Origin: a virus
Lineage: Duplodnaviria > Caudoviricetes
Strand: one strand, 5' to 3'
IMG/VR virus record: IMGVR_UViG_3300048850_000151
Span: 1-40,895 of that record
Length of the DNA stretch: 40,895 nt
Shown: one piece after another, positions 27,085 through 35,978 of the stretch
Layout: each line of letters starts with the position of its first letter
Numbering within the stretch: the first letter of the stretch is position 1
Program-made: the position numbers and the translations under genes
The notes under the pieces: generated by a model
What the model saw: the letters and a program-made list of their open reading frames with translations, nothing else
What the model was told of the DNA's origin: nothing
The model's database searches: none

Positions 27085-27507
27085 ATGACCCGGAAACCCG
27101 ATTGGGAGGCGCGGCTTGCCGCGTATCTCGAGCCCTTGCGCGCGCGCCCGTTCGCCTGGGGGCAGCATGACTGCTGCACCTTCAGCGCCGGCGCCGTCGC
27201 CGCGATGACCGACGTGGATCCCATGCCGGAGTTCCGCGGCCGCTACACGACCGCGATCGGCTCCGCGCGCGCCCTGCGCCGGTTCGGCCGCGGCACGCTG
27301 GCCGCGACGCTCGATGCGAAGTTCGAGCGGGTCGAGCCGGCGTTCGCCCAGCGCGGCGATGTGGTGATGTCCTCGGGGTTGCTCGGTATCTGCATGGGGC
27401 CGTTTCTGGTCGCCGTCGGCCGCGAGGGCGATCGCGAGGGCCTGGTCCGGATCGAGCGCGCGCGCTGGGTCGAACCGCGCGCCTGGCGCGTGCAGTTCGG
27501 GTTCTAA
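27085..27507 (+). CDS. DUF6950 / NlpC-P60-like tail tip protein
   Basis: DWEARLAAYL...PFAWGQHDCCTF...AQRGDVV. Confidence 0.8.
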   Translation: MTRKPDWEARLAAYLEPLRARPFAWGQHDCCTFSAGAVAAMTDVDPMPEFRGRYTTAIGSARALRRFGRGTLAATLDAKFERVEPAFAQRGDVVMSSGLLGICMGPFLVAVGREGDREGLVRIERARWVEPRAWRVQFGF

Positions 27508-27510
27508 GCG

Positions 27511-30500
27511 ATGGCCAAGGCTCTAAAGGTCGCCGCGATCGGGCTTGGCGCGATCGCCCTGGTCGCAACCGGTGTCGGCGCCGTGGCGTTGGGCGGCCTC
27601 GCCGGCACGCTGACGGTCGCCGGCGTTTCCACCAGCACGCTGCTGTTCACCGCCAGCGGCCTGAGCATGGCCGCGAGCCTGGTGCAGAAGGGGCCCAAGG
27701 TCCCCACGGCGCAGACCGATCGTCTGACCGCGAGCATCGACCCGCGCGCCTTTCGCAAGACGGTGCTGGGGCAGACCGCGTTCCCCATCGACGTCCGCTA
27801 CGAAGAGTGGTCGGGCGAGGACCAGGAATATTGCGACTGGATCGTCGCGCACGCGAGCCACGCGATCGATGGGCTCGAGGAGATCTGGTTCAACACTGAG
27901 CTGGCCTGGTCCGCGTCGAGCGGCGTCACCGCCAAGTTCCGGAACTACTTCTGGCTGTCCAACCAGGTGCTGGAAGGCTCGCCGGCGAACGCCTTCAGCT
28001 TCAACAAGGGGAAGTGGAACGGATCCGCGCGCCTGACCGGCTGCGCCTATTCGCGCTTCCGCTTCAAGGTCACCGGCAACTCCAAGAAAGCCGAGAGCCC
28101 GTTCTCGGGCGGCATCCCGAGCCGCATCACCGCGATCGGTCGCGGCGCCAAGCTCTACGACCCGCGCCGCGATTCGACGGTACCGGGCGGAAACGGCGCG
28201 ATGCGCGCGGACGATCAGTCGACCTGGCGCTACCGGACCGACGACGGCGCGGTGATCGGCGAGAACCTGCCGCTGCAGATCCTGCGCCTGCTGCTGGGTT
28301 GGCGGATCCGCAATCCCGTGACGGGCGAGATGCGCCTGGCGACCGGCTCGGGCATCCCCGCGCGCCGGATCGACCTGCAGAGCTTCATCGTCGCGGCGAA
28401 CCTCGCCGACGAGCTGGTGAACCGCTCCGCCGGCGGCCAGGAGCCGCGCTTCCATGGCGCGGCCGTCGTGTCCGAGGGCGATGACCCGAAGACCGCGCTC
28501 GACATGCTGTGCGCTGCCTGCTGCGGCCGCTTCCGCGACACCGGCGGCAAGCTGGCGCTGTCGATCGCGCACAACGACCTGGCGGACGCCGCGATGGACG
28601 AGGGGCTGAACGACGACGACGTGGTCGGCGCCTTCACCTGGGATCCGGACCCGGCGCTGGATTCGACGCCCAACGTCGTGCGCGGCCGCTATGTCGACGC
28701 GAGCACCGCCTCCCTCTATCAGCTGATCGACTATCCCGAGGTGCGGATCGCCAGCGCCGACGGCATGGACCGGGTCCTGACCATGGACCTGGGCGCCGTC
28801 GAAAGCGCCAGCCAAGCGCAGCGGATCGCAAAGCAGACGCTGCAGCGTAAGCAGTATCAGCGCGAGTTCACCGCGCCGTTCGATATCCGCGCGTGGAGGT
28901 ACCCGGTCGGTAGCGTGGTGCCGTTCACCTTCGCGGCGCTCGGCTTCAAGCGCGCCCTGTTTCGCGTGGCAGCGCAGGAGCTGGGGCAGGGCGGCACGTG
29001 CGTGATGACGCTCGTCGCCGAGCATGGCTCGATCTACAGCTGGGATCGCGACGACGCGGCGCCGGTGCAGGCGGCCGAGGCGATCGTCTACGACGGCACC
29101 AAGAACCCGTTGATCCTGGCGATCGACGATGCCGCGACCACCGCGATCTGGGAGAGCGTCGCGGATCCCAACGGCACCAAGCCGGCCGACAACGCCGACG
29201 TCACCGGCGACAACGTTTCCAAGGACACCAGCAACGTCGGGGGCGTGCCCGCGAACGAGGTGGCCGCTGGCGTCGGCAAGATCCCGAACATCGAGCTGGG
29301 TGTCGACCAGGCTAAGAGCGACATCGGCAAGCTGTTCGCGACCTACGGCGATACCGCGTCTGCAGCCGCATCGCGCTCGGCTGCGGAAACTGCAGCCGGT
29401 GCGAGCCAGACCGCGCAGCGCAATGCCGAAGCAGCCCAGGGCGCGGCGCAAGCTGCACGGGACGCGGCGAATGGCGCCCTGGATTTCGCAATGGGCGCGC
29501 GCACCGGGGCGGAAACGGCGCGCGACCTGGCGAATGCCGCCAAGGCTGCGGCGGAGCAGGCCAAGGGCGATGCTGTCACCCAGGCCCAAGCGGCCGGCGG
29601 CGCAGCGACGACGGCCACCCAGAAGGCGCAGTCGGCCGCCGACAGCGCAAGCGCGGCCAGCACGTCGGCCATCGCGGCGTCCACCAGCGCGGGCAAGGCG
29701 TCGGATCACGCGGCCGCGGCATCGTCCAGCGCATCGACGGCATCGACCAAGGCCACCGAGGCGGGCCAGAGCGCAAATGCTGCCTCGACCGCAGCGTCGA
29801 CCGCTTCGACCCGGGCGGGGGAGGCCAGCACCTCTGCAAGCGCCGCAGCGACGTCCGAAGCCAACGCACTCGGCTATCGGAATGCCGCCTCGACTTCCCA
29901 GCAGGTCGCGGCCAACTCGGCGACCGCGGCGGGGCTGAGTGCAGCCGCAACGCTCCCGATCGACTTCGCCGACCTGCGGAACTGGTCCGTATATCTCGAT
30001 GGATCGCCGGCCAGTCGCTATGCACGGCCCTGGCCGTACGAGTGGATGGCCGACACCAAGTTGGTCCGCTTCCCGAAGGGTGCATGGACCGTCGCCCCGG
30101 TCGGCGTGCTGCCGGCTGTGGCCGGTCGAAAGCTGCGCATCGAGTTCGAGGCCGAGCCGGTCGACGGGATCGGCGGGACGATCTACATCGGCCTCGCTCC
30201 GATGGATGGCGCCTATGTGGGCGCACCGCTCAGCGTGATCGTCGCCCTTCGCGGGGGCGTTAATCAGAAGAACGGCCGCAACAAATACACCTACGACTTC
30301 ACCGTCCCGGACGGTTGGGCATATCTGCGCCCGTATCTCTCCGCCGACGTATACTCGCCCTCCCGCTGGGACTTCATGTCATTGCGGGTGAGCGACGTGA
30401 CGGATCGGCTTGCAGCAGAGGCGTCCGCGTCGGCAGCAGCCGGCAGCGCCTCCTCGGCGAGCACCTCCGCCACCAACGCCGGGCAGTCGGCAAGCGCCGC

Positions 30501-33423
30501 GAGCACCGCGAAGACGGCCGCAGAGACGGCGCGCGGCCAGGCTGAAACCTATCGCAACGACGCCTCGCAATCGGCGACGAACGCTTCGGGCTCCGCCACC
30601 ACGGCAACCCAGCAGGCGGGTGCGGCCGCATCGGCACGCGATGCGGCGGCCGGCAGCGCCACGGGCGCAGCGGGATCGGCTCAGACCGCGTCTGCCAAGG
30701 CGACGGAAGCGGGGCAGAAGGCGGACGCTGCAAGCGCTTCGGCGACCAGCGCGTCGACCAAGGCGGGCGAAGCATCCACCAGTGCGTCCCAGGCGGCGAG
30801 CAGCGCCAGCGATGCGCTCGGGTCGAAGAACTCGGCCGCCACGTCGGCCACGAACGCGGCCGGCTCGGCTACGACGGCGGGGGAGCGGGCCAGCGCCGCG
30901 TCGGGCAGCGCATCCAGCGCCGCCACCTCGGCCTCGGGCGCCTCCACCAGCGCCGGTGCTGCCGAGAGCGCGAAAACGGCGGCCGAGACCGCACGCGGGC
31001 AGGCGCAGACCTTCCGCGACCAGGCATCGACCAGCGCCAACGACGCCGCCGGCGCCGCCTCGACCGCGACCCAGCAGGCCGGTGTGGCCGCTTCGAGCGC
31101 GACGGCAGCCGCAGCCGCTCTAGCGCAGTCGTTCCCGAGCGCCTTTGATCCGGCAGGGCGCCAGGCTTACACGCTGCAAACTCCTGGAGCTTCTTCCGTC
31201 GTCTACAACGACGGCAACGATCCCAACGTCGGTTGGATGGTCGCGATCACGGGTGCGCAGTACGTCCGCATCTTCCCGAAAGGCACGATCCCGAAGGCGG
31301 TCGGCCGGCGGTACCGCGCCACCGTGCGCGTGTTCCTGGACAACGTGCAGGCGACCGCGCTTATCGGTTGGGTTGATGCGGCCGGCAACGGCGATGTTGC
31401 GCTCAGCAACCGGTATCTCGGCCAAGGCACGGCCACGGCAGGCGCGGTCACGCAGACGACGACGAACCGCGCCTGGGTGACGATCTCGACCGAGTACACG
31501 ACGACGGCGTCCAATCAGGGGAAGATGACCCCGTTCTTGGGAGCTGACACCACCGTCAGCGGACAGGCGATCGGGCGCATCTACTGGACCGGCATCACCG
31601 TCGAGGACGTCACCAGCGAGACTGCGGCGGGGGCATATGCGGCGGCCTCTGCCACCAGCGCCTCGACCGCGTCGACGAAGGCGACCGAAGCCACGCAGTC
31701 GGCGTCGGCTGCGAGCACCGCGCGCACGGCGGCCGAGACCGCCAAGGGCCAAGCGGAAAGCGCGCAGTCCTCGGCCGCCTCGAGCGCCTCGGGAGCCGCC
31801 GGTTCGGCGAGCAGCGCGGCCCAGGCTGCAAGCACGGCCGCCAGCTATCGGGACGCCGCCAAGGGCAGTGCTGACGGCGCGGCATCGAGCGCGAGCTCGG
31901 CGAGCAGTCAGGCGTCGATCGCCAGCGATCGCGCAGCGGCAGCGCAGGCCAGTGCGCTGCTGTCGGCGAGCGTAGGTGGCGCCAGCTTCAACCCGAACCC
32001 GAACATGGTGTGGAAGGCTGGCGACGCGTTGCCGACCGGTTGGTCCTGGTGGCAGGCGGTGCCGATCGAGCGGGTGCCCACCGGCTCGCTTGGTGAAACT
32101 GTCGCGCGGCTCACCGTTGCAGCAGGTCAGGTCGGCGGCCCGGCGCAGCTCGGGCTGCCGATCGCGCCAGGCTGGTGGGTGATGGAGGTGGAAGCCGGGC
32201 TAGTCAGCGGCGACTGGCGTGGATCCGGTGTGTCGATCCACGGCAACTACCACATCGACTTCGCGGCCGAGAAGGACAGCAGCGACCAGGTCGGCGCGAC
32301 CGTTGCGGGGCGCCGATCCTTTTCAAAGCTGGTGCGCATCGATCGCGCCGGCATGACCAACTGGCACGTGATGGTGGGCTATGCGACCTTCGGGACGATC
32401 GCCGCAAAGACCATCGACATCTATCGAGCAGGCATCCGGCGGGCGACGCGAGACGAGATCGACAACCGCGCCGCGATACCGGCCTTGCAGGCAAGCGTAA
32501 GCCAGCAGGCGGGGGCCCTTGTGGATCTGCAGGGCCGCACCCGGGCATTCCTGCAGAACACCGTCCAGGCGGGCAGCAAGGTCGCTCGTGTTTCGATGTA
32601 CGCGGAAAGCTCGCCAGGCGTGCAGGCGTCCGCGATCGAATTCCAGGCCGACGCCGTGTACCTGGGCAACCAGCGCACGCTCGCTGTCTCGGACGGCAAG
32701 GTCGGCGTCGACGGCGATCTCTACCTTCGCAACGGCCGACTGTACCTGGTCGGCACCACGCACATGCTGGTGCAGGGGATTGGCTTCGGCGCCAGCGGGG
32801 ATCTGCTGGAATGGTACGGGCCGATCATGCCGGTGGCGCAATGCTCGAAGAGCAACGGCATGGAGTGGCGCACGGTCAACGGGCAGCGGCAGATCAGCAG
32901 CTTCAGCGTTGGCCGGTTGATCTCCGGCAACAGCAATTCGAGCTTGGCCAGCGCGGTGTCGGTGTCGACCGGCGCTTTCGGATCGAACGGTGGCCAGATC
33001 CAGGCCTCCGCGTCCTGGTACTGGCAGCTCGACGAGCGGCGGACCTATGCCGCCACGTCGCAGGGCCTCGCCGACTTCCGCTCCAGTGCGCAGCAGCTCG
33101 GCGCCGTCGGCAACGGCGCCGGCGGCTGGTTCTACAACGGTGCCGCCGACCTCGGCAGCGACAGCACGCTCGTCCTCAAAAGGAGCGGGGCCGTCGTGGG
33201 GCAGAGCACTGGCCGGAGCGGCACGCGCTCGGTTGAAGGCGCCGAGCCGGTCCCGGTCGAAGGCGCCCCAGGCTATCTGCAGATCACGACCGTGATGTCG
33301 CTGGGGATCACCTACACTGACCCGGATCGCAGCACCGCGAACCGGGAATATACGACGCAGCTGACCCGCGGCAGCCTTCAGGCACCGACCCAGCAGCGCG
33401 TGACCGTCGCGACGGTGGAGTGA
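27511..33423 (+). CDS. Central tail fibre / host specificity protein (1970 aa)
   Basis: N-terminal tail-tip domain (GAKLYDPR, IDLQSF), then Ala/Ser/Thr-rich repeats alternating with three aromatic-rich beta domains. Confidence 0.9.
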   Translation: MAKALKVAAIGLGAIALVATGVGAVALGGLAGTLTVAGVSTSTLLFTASGLSMAASLVQKGPKVPTAQTDRLTASIDPRAFRKTVLGQTAFPIDVRYEEWSGEDQEYCDWIVAHASHAIDGLEEIWFNTELAWSASSGVTAKFRNYFWLSNQVLEGSPANAFSFNKGKWNGSARLTGCAYSRFRFKVTGNSKKAESPFSGGIPSRITAIGRGAKLYDPRRDSTVPGGNGAMRADDQSTWRYRTDDGAVIGENLPLQILRLLLGWRIRNPVTGEMRLATGSGIPARRIDLQSFIVAANLADELVNRSAGGQEPRFHGAAVVSEGDDPKTALDMLCAACCGRFRDTGGKLALSIAHNDLADAAMDEGLNDDDVVGAFTWDPDPALDSTPNVVRGRYVDASTASLYQLIDYPEVRIASADGMDRVLTMDLGAVESASQAQRIAKQTLQRKQYQREFTAPFDIRAWRYPVGSVVPFTFAALGFKRALFRVAAQELGQGGTCVMTLVAEHGSIYSWDRDDAAPVQAAEAIVYDGTKNPLILAIDDAATTAIWESVADPNGTKPADNADVTGDNVSKDTSNVGGVPANEVAAGVGKIPNIELGVDQAKSDIGKLFATYGDTASAAASRSAAETAAGASQTAQRNAEAAQGAAQAARDAANGALDFAMGARTGAETARDLANAAKAAAEQAKGDAVTQAQAAGGAATTATQKAQSAADSASAASTSAIAASTSAGKASDHAAAASSSASTASTKATEAGQSANAASTAASTASTRAGEASTSASAAATSEANALGYRNAASTSQQVAANSATAAGLSAAATLPIDFADLRNWSVYLDGSPASRYARPWPYEWMADTKLVRFPKGAWTVAPVGVLPAVAGRKLRIEFEAEPVDGIGGTIYIGLAPMDGAYVGAPLSVIVALRGGVNQKNGRNKYTYDFTVPDGWAYLRPYLSADVYSPSRWDFMSLRVSDVTDRLAAEASASAAAGSASSASTSATNAGQSASAASTAKTAAETARGQAETYRNDASQSATNASGSATTATQQAGAAASARDAAAGSATGAAGSAQTASAKATEAGQKADAASASATSASTKAGEASTSASQAASSASDALGSKNSAATSATNAAGSATTAGERASAASGSASSAATSASGASTSAGAAESAKTAAETARGQAQTFRDQASTSANDAAGAASTATQQAGVAASSATAAAAALAQSFPSAFDPAGRQAYTLQTPGASSVVYNDGNDPNVGWMVAITGAQYVRIFPKGTIPKAVGRRYRATVRVFLDNVQATALIGWVDAAGNGDVALSNRYLGQGTATAGAVTQTTTNRAWVTISTEYTTTASNQGKMTPFLGADTTVSGQAIGRIYWTGITVEDVTSETAAGAYAAASATSASTASTKATEATQSASAASTARTAAETAKGQAESAQSSAASSASGAAGSASSAAQAASTAASYRDAAKGSADGAASSASSASSQASIASDRAAAAQASALLSASVGGASFNPNPNMVWKAGDALPTGWSWWQAVPIERVPTGSLGETVARLTVAAGQVGGPAQLGLPIAPGWWVMEVEAGLVSGDWRGSGVSIHGNYHIDFAAEKDSSDQVGATVAGRRSFSKLVRIDRAGMTNWHVMVGYATFGTIAAKTIDIYRAGIRRATRDEIDNRAAIPALQASVSQQAGALVDLQGRTRAFLQNTVQAGSKVARVSMYAESSPGVQASAIEFQADAVYLGNQRTLAVSDGKVGVDGDLYLRNGRLYLVGTTHMLVQGIGFGASGDLLEWYGPIMPVAQCSKSNGMEWRTVNGQRQISSFSVGRLISGNSNSSLASAVSVSTGAFGSNGGQIQASASWYWQLDERRTYAATSQGLADFRSSAQQLGAVGNGAGGWFYNGAADLGSDSTLVLKRSGAVVGQSTGRSGTRSVEGAEPVPVEGAPGYLQITTVMSLGITYTDPDRSTANREYTTQLTRGSLQAPTQQRVTVATVE

Positions 33424-33484
33424 GGGCTCGGCCCTCCGCCGTCTGACCTTCCGCCCGAGCCTGCCCGACAATTGGAGAAAAACC

Positions 33485-33769
33485 ATGGCCGACCAGCCCC
33501 AGACGGAATTTGTAGTGACCACCCAGGCGGAACGCGACGCGGCGATGGCTGCGGCGATGGCATATGACCAGGCACAGGCCGAGGCGCTGGCCGCGGAGCG
33601 CGCGGCCTTCGTTGCAGAGCTGAAGGCAGTCACCAGCGACCCGCGCTACTCGTGGGTCCTGGGCGAGCTGGATCGGCTCGCGCCGGTCTACAATCTCGAT
33701 CGTGAGATCTCGCCGCATATCGTACCGCTCCCCGGCTTCCTGGTGCGCCTGCGCTCCACGGCCGGCTGA
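33485..33769 (+). CDS. Hypothetical protein after the fibre gene
   Basis: GGAG RBS; 94 aa. Confidence 0.7.
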   Translation: MADQPQTEFVVTTQAERDAAMAAAMAYDQAQAEALAAERAAFVAELKAVTSDPRYSWVLGELDRLAPVYNLDREISPHIVPLPGFLVRLRSTAG

Positions 33770-33834
33770 GCTATCCTCGTACCCGGGGAGAGCCCCATGA
33801 CGACGTTCGCCGGGGCCGCCGATCGGCGGCCCCT

Positions 33835-34101
33835 ATGACCGCCTCCGCCAGCACGAAGCCGAGCTGGAAGGACGCGATCGGAATCCTCTGCGCGATCATC
33901 AGCGCGGCGTTCGTGATCAGTGGCGCGCTGCGCGCCGATGGCGGGCGGGACAAGCAGCTCGACGAGAATACCCGCCGGATCGAAGCGCTCGAGCGCTCGG
34001 ACGCGGCGAAGACCGACGTGCTGGGGAAGATCGACGGCCGGACCATCCGGATCGAGACGACGCTCGAGATGATGAAGACGGCAAAGGAGATGCAGCGGTG
34101 A
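33835..34101 (+). CDS. Small TM plus coiled-coil protein (holin/antiholin-associated)
   Basis: One TM then a coiled coil; at the start of the lysis cluster. Confidence 0.65.
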   Translation: MTASASTKPSWKDAIGILCAIISAAFVISGALRADGGRDKQLDENTRRIEALERSDAAKTDVLGKIDGRTIRIETTLEMMKTAKEMQR

Positions 34102-34265
34102 TGGACGCAACCACCCTGGTGCTGATCGGCACCGGCCTCCAGTTCGCCGTCTCGGCCGCGCCGATCGCGCGCCGCGTGCATCATCGCCTGCGCCTGCGCC
34201 TGCGCCTCGGCATCGCGCCGACCGCGCTGGTGCAGCTCGCGATCGCGGCCGCCCCGCTGACCTGA
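34101..34265 (+). CDS. Small hydrophobic ORF with RL repeat (54 aa)
   Basis: AAGGAG RBS, TGATG coupling; CGCCTG tandem units at 34185-34208. Confidence 0.4.
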   Translation: MDATTLVLIGTGLQFAVSAAPIARRVHHRLRLRLRLGIAPTALVQLAIAAAPLT

Positions 34266-34303
34266 CCGCCGGCGGCCGGCTGCCGCCTTCACCGGAGATC
34301 CCC

Positions 34304-34546
34304 ATGAAGATCATCGACTGGCGCCAGGTGCGGCGCTGGTGGTCCGTGCGCGTGTCCGCGCTCGGAGCGCTGCTGTTCGCGCTGCTGACCGCCTTTCCCG
34401 ACCAGGCGCTCGCGCTCTGGATGAACCTGCCGGCGGAGATCCGCGAGCGGCTGCCCCACAACGTCGAGCACGCCATCACCGCCTGCCTCTTCACCGCGGT
34501 TCTGATCGTCCGCCTCATTCCGCAGGAGCAAGCCGATGGCGAGTAA
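34304..34546 (+). CDS. Holin
   Basis: DWRQVRRWWSVR..LWMNLP..RLIPQ; two TM segments; overlaps the endolysin start. Confidence 0.8.
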   Translation: MKIIDWRQVRRWWSVRVSALGALLFALLTAFPDQALALWMNLPAEIRERLPHNVEHAITACLFTAVLIVRLIPQEQADGE

Positions 34547-35102
34547 GAACACCGCGAAGAAGGGCGGCCTGGTCGCGATCGTCGGCGCGATGGCGGCGTC
34601 GCTGCTAATGACCAACGTCCCGGCCGACGAGAGCGGCCGCAAGGTCGAGGTCACCGTTTCGCCCGCCGGCGAGGCGACCGTGCAGCACGTCAGCGGGCCG
34701 CAGTACCTGAAGGCGTACCGCGACCTGGTCGGCATCGCGACCGCCTGCGACGGAATCACGCGCGGCGTGAAGATTGGGCAGACCTATACCGAGGCGGAGT
34801 GCGGGCAGCTGCTCGAGCAGGAGCTGGTCGCCCATGCCCTGGACGTTCAGGCGTGCGTGCCGCAGCTGTGGCAGCCTGGGCGCGATCGCCAGCGCGCGGC
34901 CGCGATCTCGCTGGCCTACAACATCGGCACGAACGGCTTCTGTGGATCCACGGCGGCCAAGCGCTTCCGTGCCGGTCGCTGGCGGGAGGCATGCGACGCC
35001 TTCCTGATGTGGAACAAGGCAGGCCGTCCGCTAAAAGTGGTGCGCGGCCTGACTGCCCGCCGCGGCCGTGAGCGCGATCTCTGCCTGCAGGGTGTCGCAT
35101 GA
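34536..35102 (+). CDS. GH24 lysozyme (probable SAR endolysin)
   Basis: N-terminal Ala/Gly-rich hydrophobic segment, AYRDLVGIATACDGIT, SLAYNIG, WNKAG..VRGLTARR. Confidence 0.92.
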   Translation: MASKNTAKKGGLVAIVGAMAASLLMTNVPADESGRKVEVTVSPAGEATVQHVSGPQYLKAYRDLVGIATACDGITRGVKIGQTYTEAECGQLLEQELVAHALDVQACVPQLWQPGRDRQRAAAISLAYNIGTNGFCGSTAAKRFRAGRWREACDAFLMWNKAGRPLKVVRGLTARRGRERDLCLQGVA

Positions 35103-35542
35103 CGGGCGCGATCGCGAAGCTCGCGGCGCGCCTGGGCATATCGAAGGCGATTGCCTGGGCGCTGCTGGCGCTGGCGATCGTCGGCGTGACCGCGGCAGCG
35201 ATCGCGTGGATCTACGGCAGCGGCCGCGACGCCGGCGCCGACCAGGTCCGCGTCGCCGGCGCCAAGAAGCACGACCAGGCCGTCGCCGAAACGCGGCAGG
35301 ACGAACGCACCGCCGTTGACGTCGCCCGCGCCATCGATGCGCGCACCGCGCGCGCCGAGGCGCTCACCGACGCTCAACTCCAGACCACGATCGAGGATCT
35401 TCGCAATGACCTTGAAGCCGTCCCGCCTGCGCTTACTGGCGCTACTCTGCCTGCCGCTCCTGTCGATGGCGTGCGCGACACCCTCAACGCGGCCATCGAT
35501 CGAGCGAACCGAGCGGGCGAGGCTCCCGACGCAATCCGCTGA
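35099..35542 (+). CDS. Rz-like inner-membrane spanin
   Basis: N-terminal TM plus helical periplasmic domain, after the endolysin. Confidence 0.7.
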   Translation: MTGAIAKLAARLGISKAIAWALLALAIVGVTAAAIAWIYGSGRDAGADQVRVAGAKKHDQAVAETRQDERTAVDVARAIDARTARAEALTDAQLQTTIEDLRNDLEAVPPALTGATLPAAPVDGVRDTLNAAIDRANRAGEAPDAIR

Positions 35543-35765
35543 GCTGACCAGGACCGAGACGCTCAAGCCGCTGTCGGCCGCGCCAAGCGGCGAACTGATG
35601 ACGATCGACAAGGGCGTTTTCGCCGAGCTCGTCGAGCGCCTGGCCGAAGCGGCCGCCGCGGTTGCTCGGCTTAACACCCGCGTCGTGGCTAGCCGGACGG
35701 AGCGCCGGTGCATCGAGGCGATCTGGCAAGCCGGCGTTGCGCCGGCGGATTGCCCGCGTGACTAG
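35406..35765 (+). CDS. Rz1-like outer-membrane lipoprotein spanin
   Basis: Signal peptide with lipobox LSMA-C; overlaps the Rz-like gene in another frame. Confidence 0.65.
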   Translation: MTLKPSRLRLLALLCLPLLSMACATPSTRPSIERTERARLPTQSAELTRTETLKPLSAAPSGELMTIDKGVFAELVERLAEAAAAVARLNTRVVASRTERRCIEAIWQAGVAPADCPRD

Positions 35766-35766
35766 T

Positions 35767-35861
35767 GGGGGTATCGATTGGGGTATCGAGCCCCAGCTGA
35801 CCATCCGAATACGGCGGGAAACCGCCGTCCATAGCCCGTCACGGCGGACAGTCCCTCCGCG
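35767..35861 (+). repeat. att-like site G (arm pair plus core) directly upstream of integrase 2
   Basis: GGGGGTATC 35767-35775, GGGGTATC 35780-35787, 55-bp gap containing hairpin ACGGCGG-gaaa-CCGCCGT, core GGCGGA-cagtccc-TCCGCG 35843-35861. Confidence 0.85.
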
Positions 35862-35978
35862 GCGCTTCGTGCTTTCGAGTAGCTATTGCCGGTACGGGCA
35901 GGAGAAATCCGAAATCCGTCAACCGGCCGGCGATTTGTAAACCAGGCGGCCTCGCCACCACCAACACCAGGAATCGTG

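Noticed and set aside
14069-27507. Gene transfer agent cluster
   Set aside because: Some GTA-like families are present, but a repressor, integrases, HNH/cos, a long TMP and tRNA insertion indicate a true prophage
27511-33423. Diversity-generating retroelement or invertible shufflon acting on the tail fibre
   Set aside because: No reverse transcriptase, template/variable repeat pair or inverted alternative C-termini seen
33423-33443. CCCTCCGCCGT half-core after the tail fibre gene
   Set aside because: The left half-site is missing; better explained as the hairpin GAGGGC-tcg-GCCCTC
14499-33633. Many long antisense or alternate-frame ORFs (e.g. 14499-16121, 16559-17599, 27523-29709, 32323-33633)
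   Set aside because: Shadow ORFs of high-GC coding strands; Arg/Pro-rich with no recognisable motifs
34185-34208. CGCCTG tandem microsatellite as a phase-variation switch
   Set aside because: Only about four units, and a 6-bp unit keeps the reading frame
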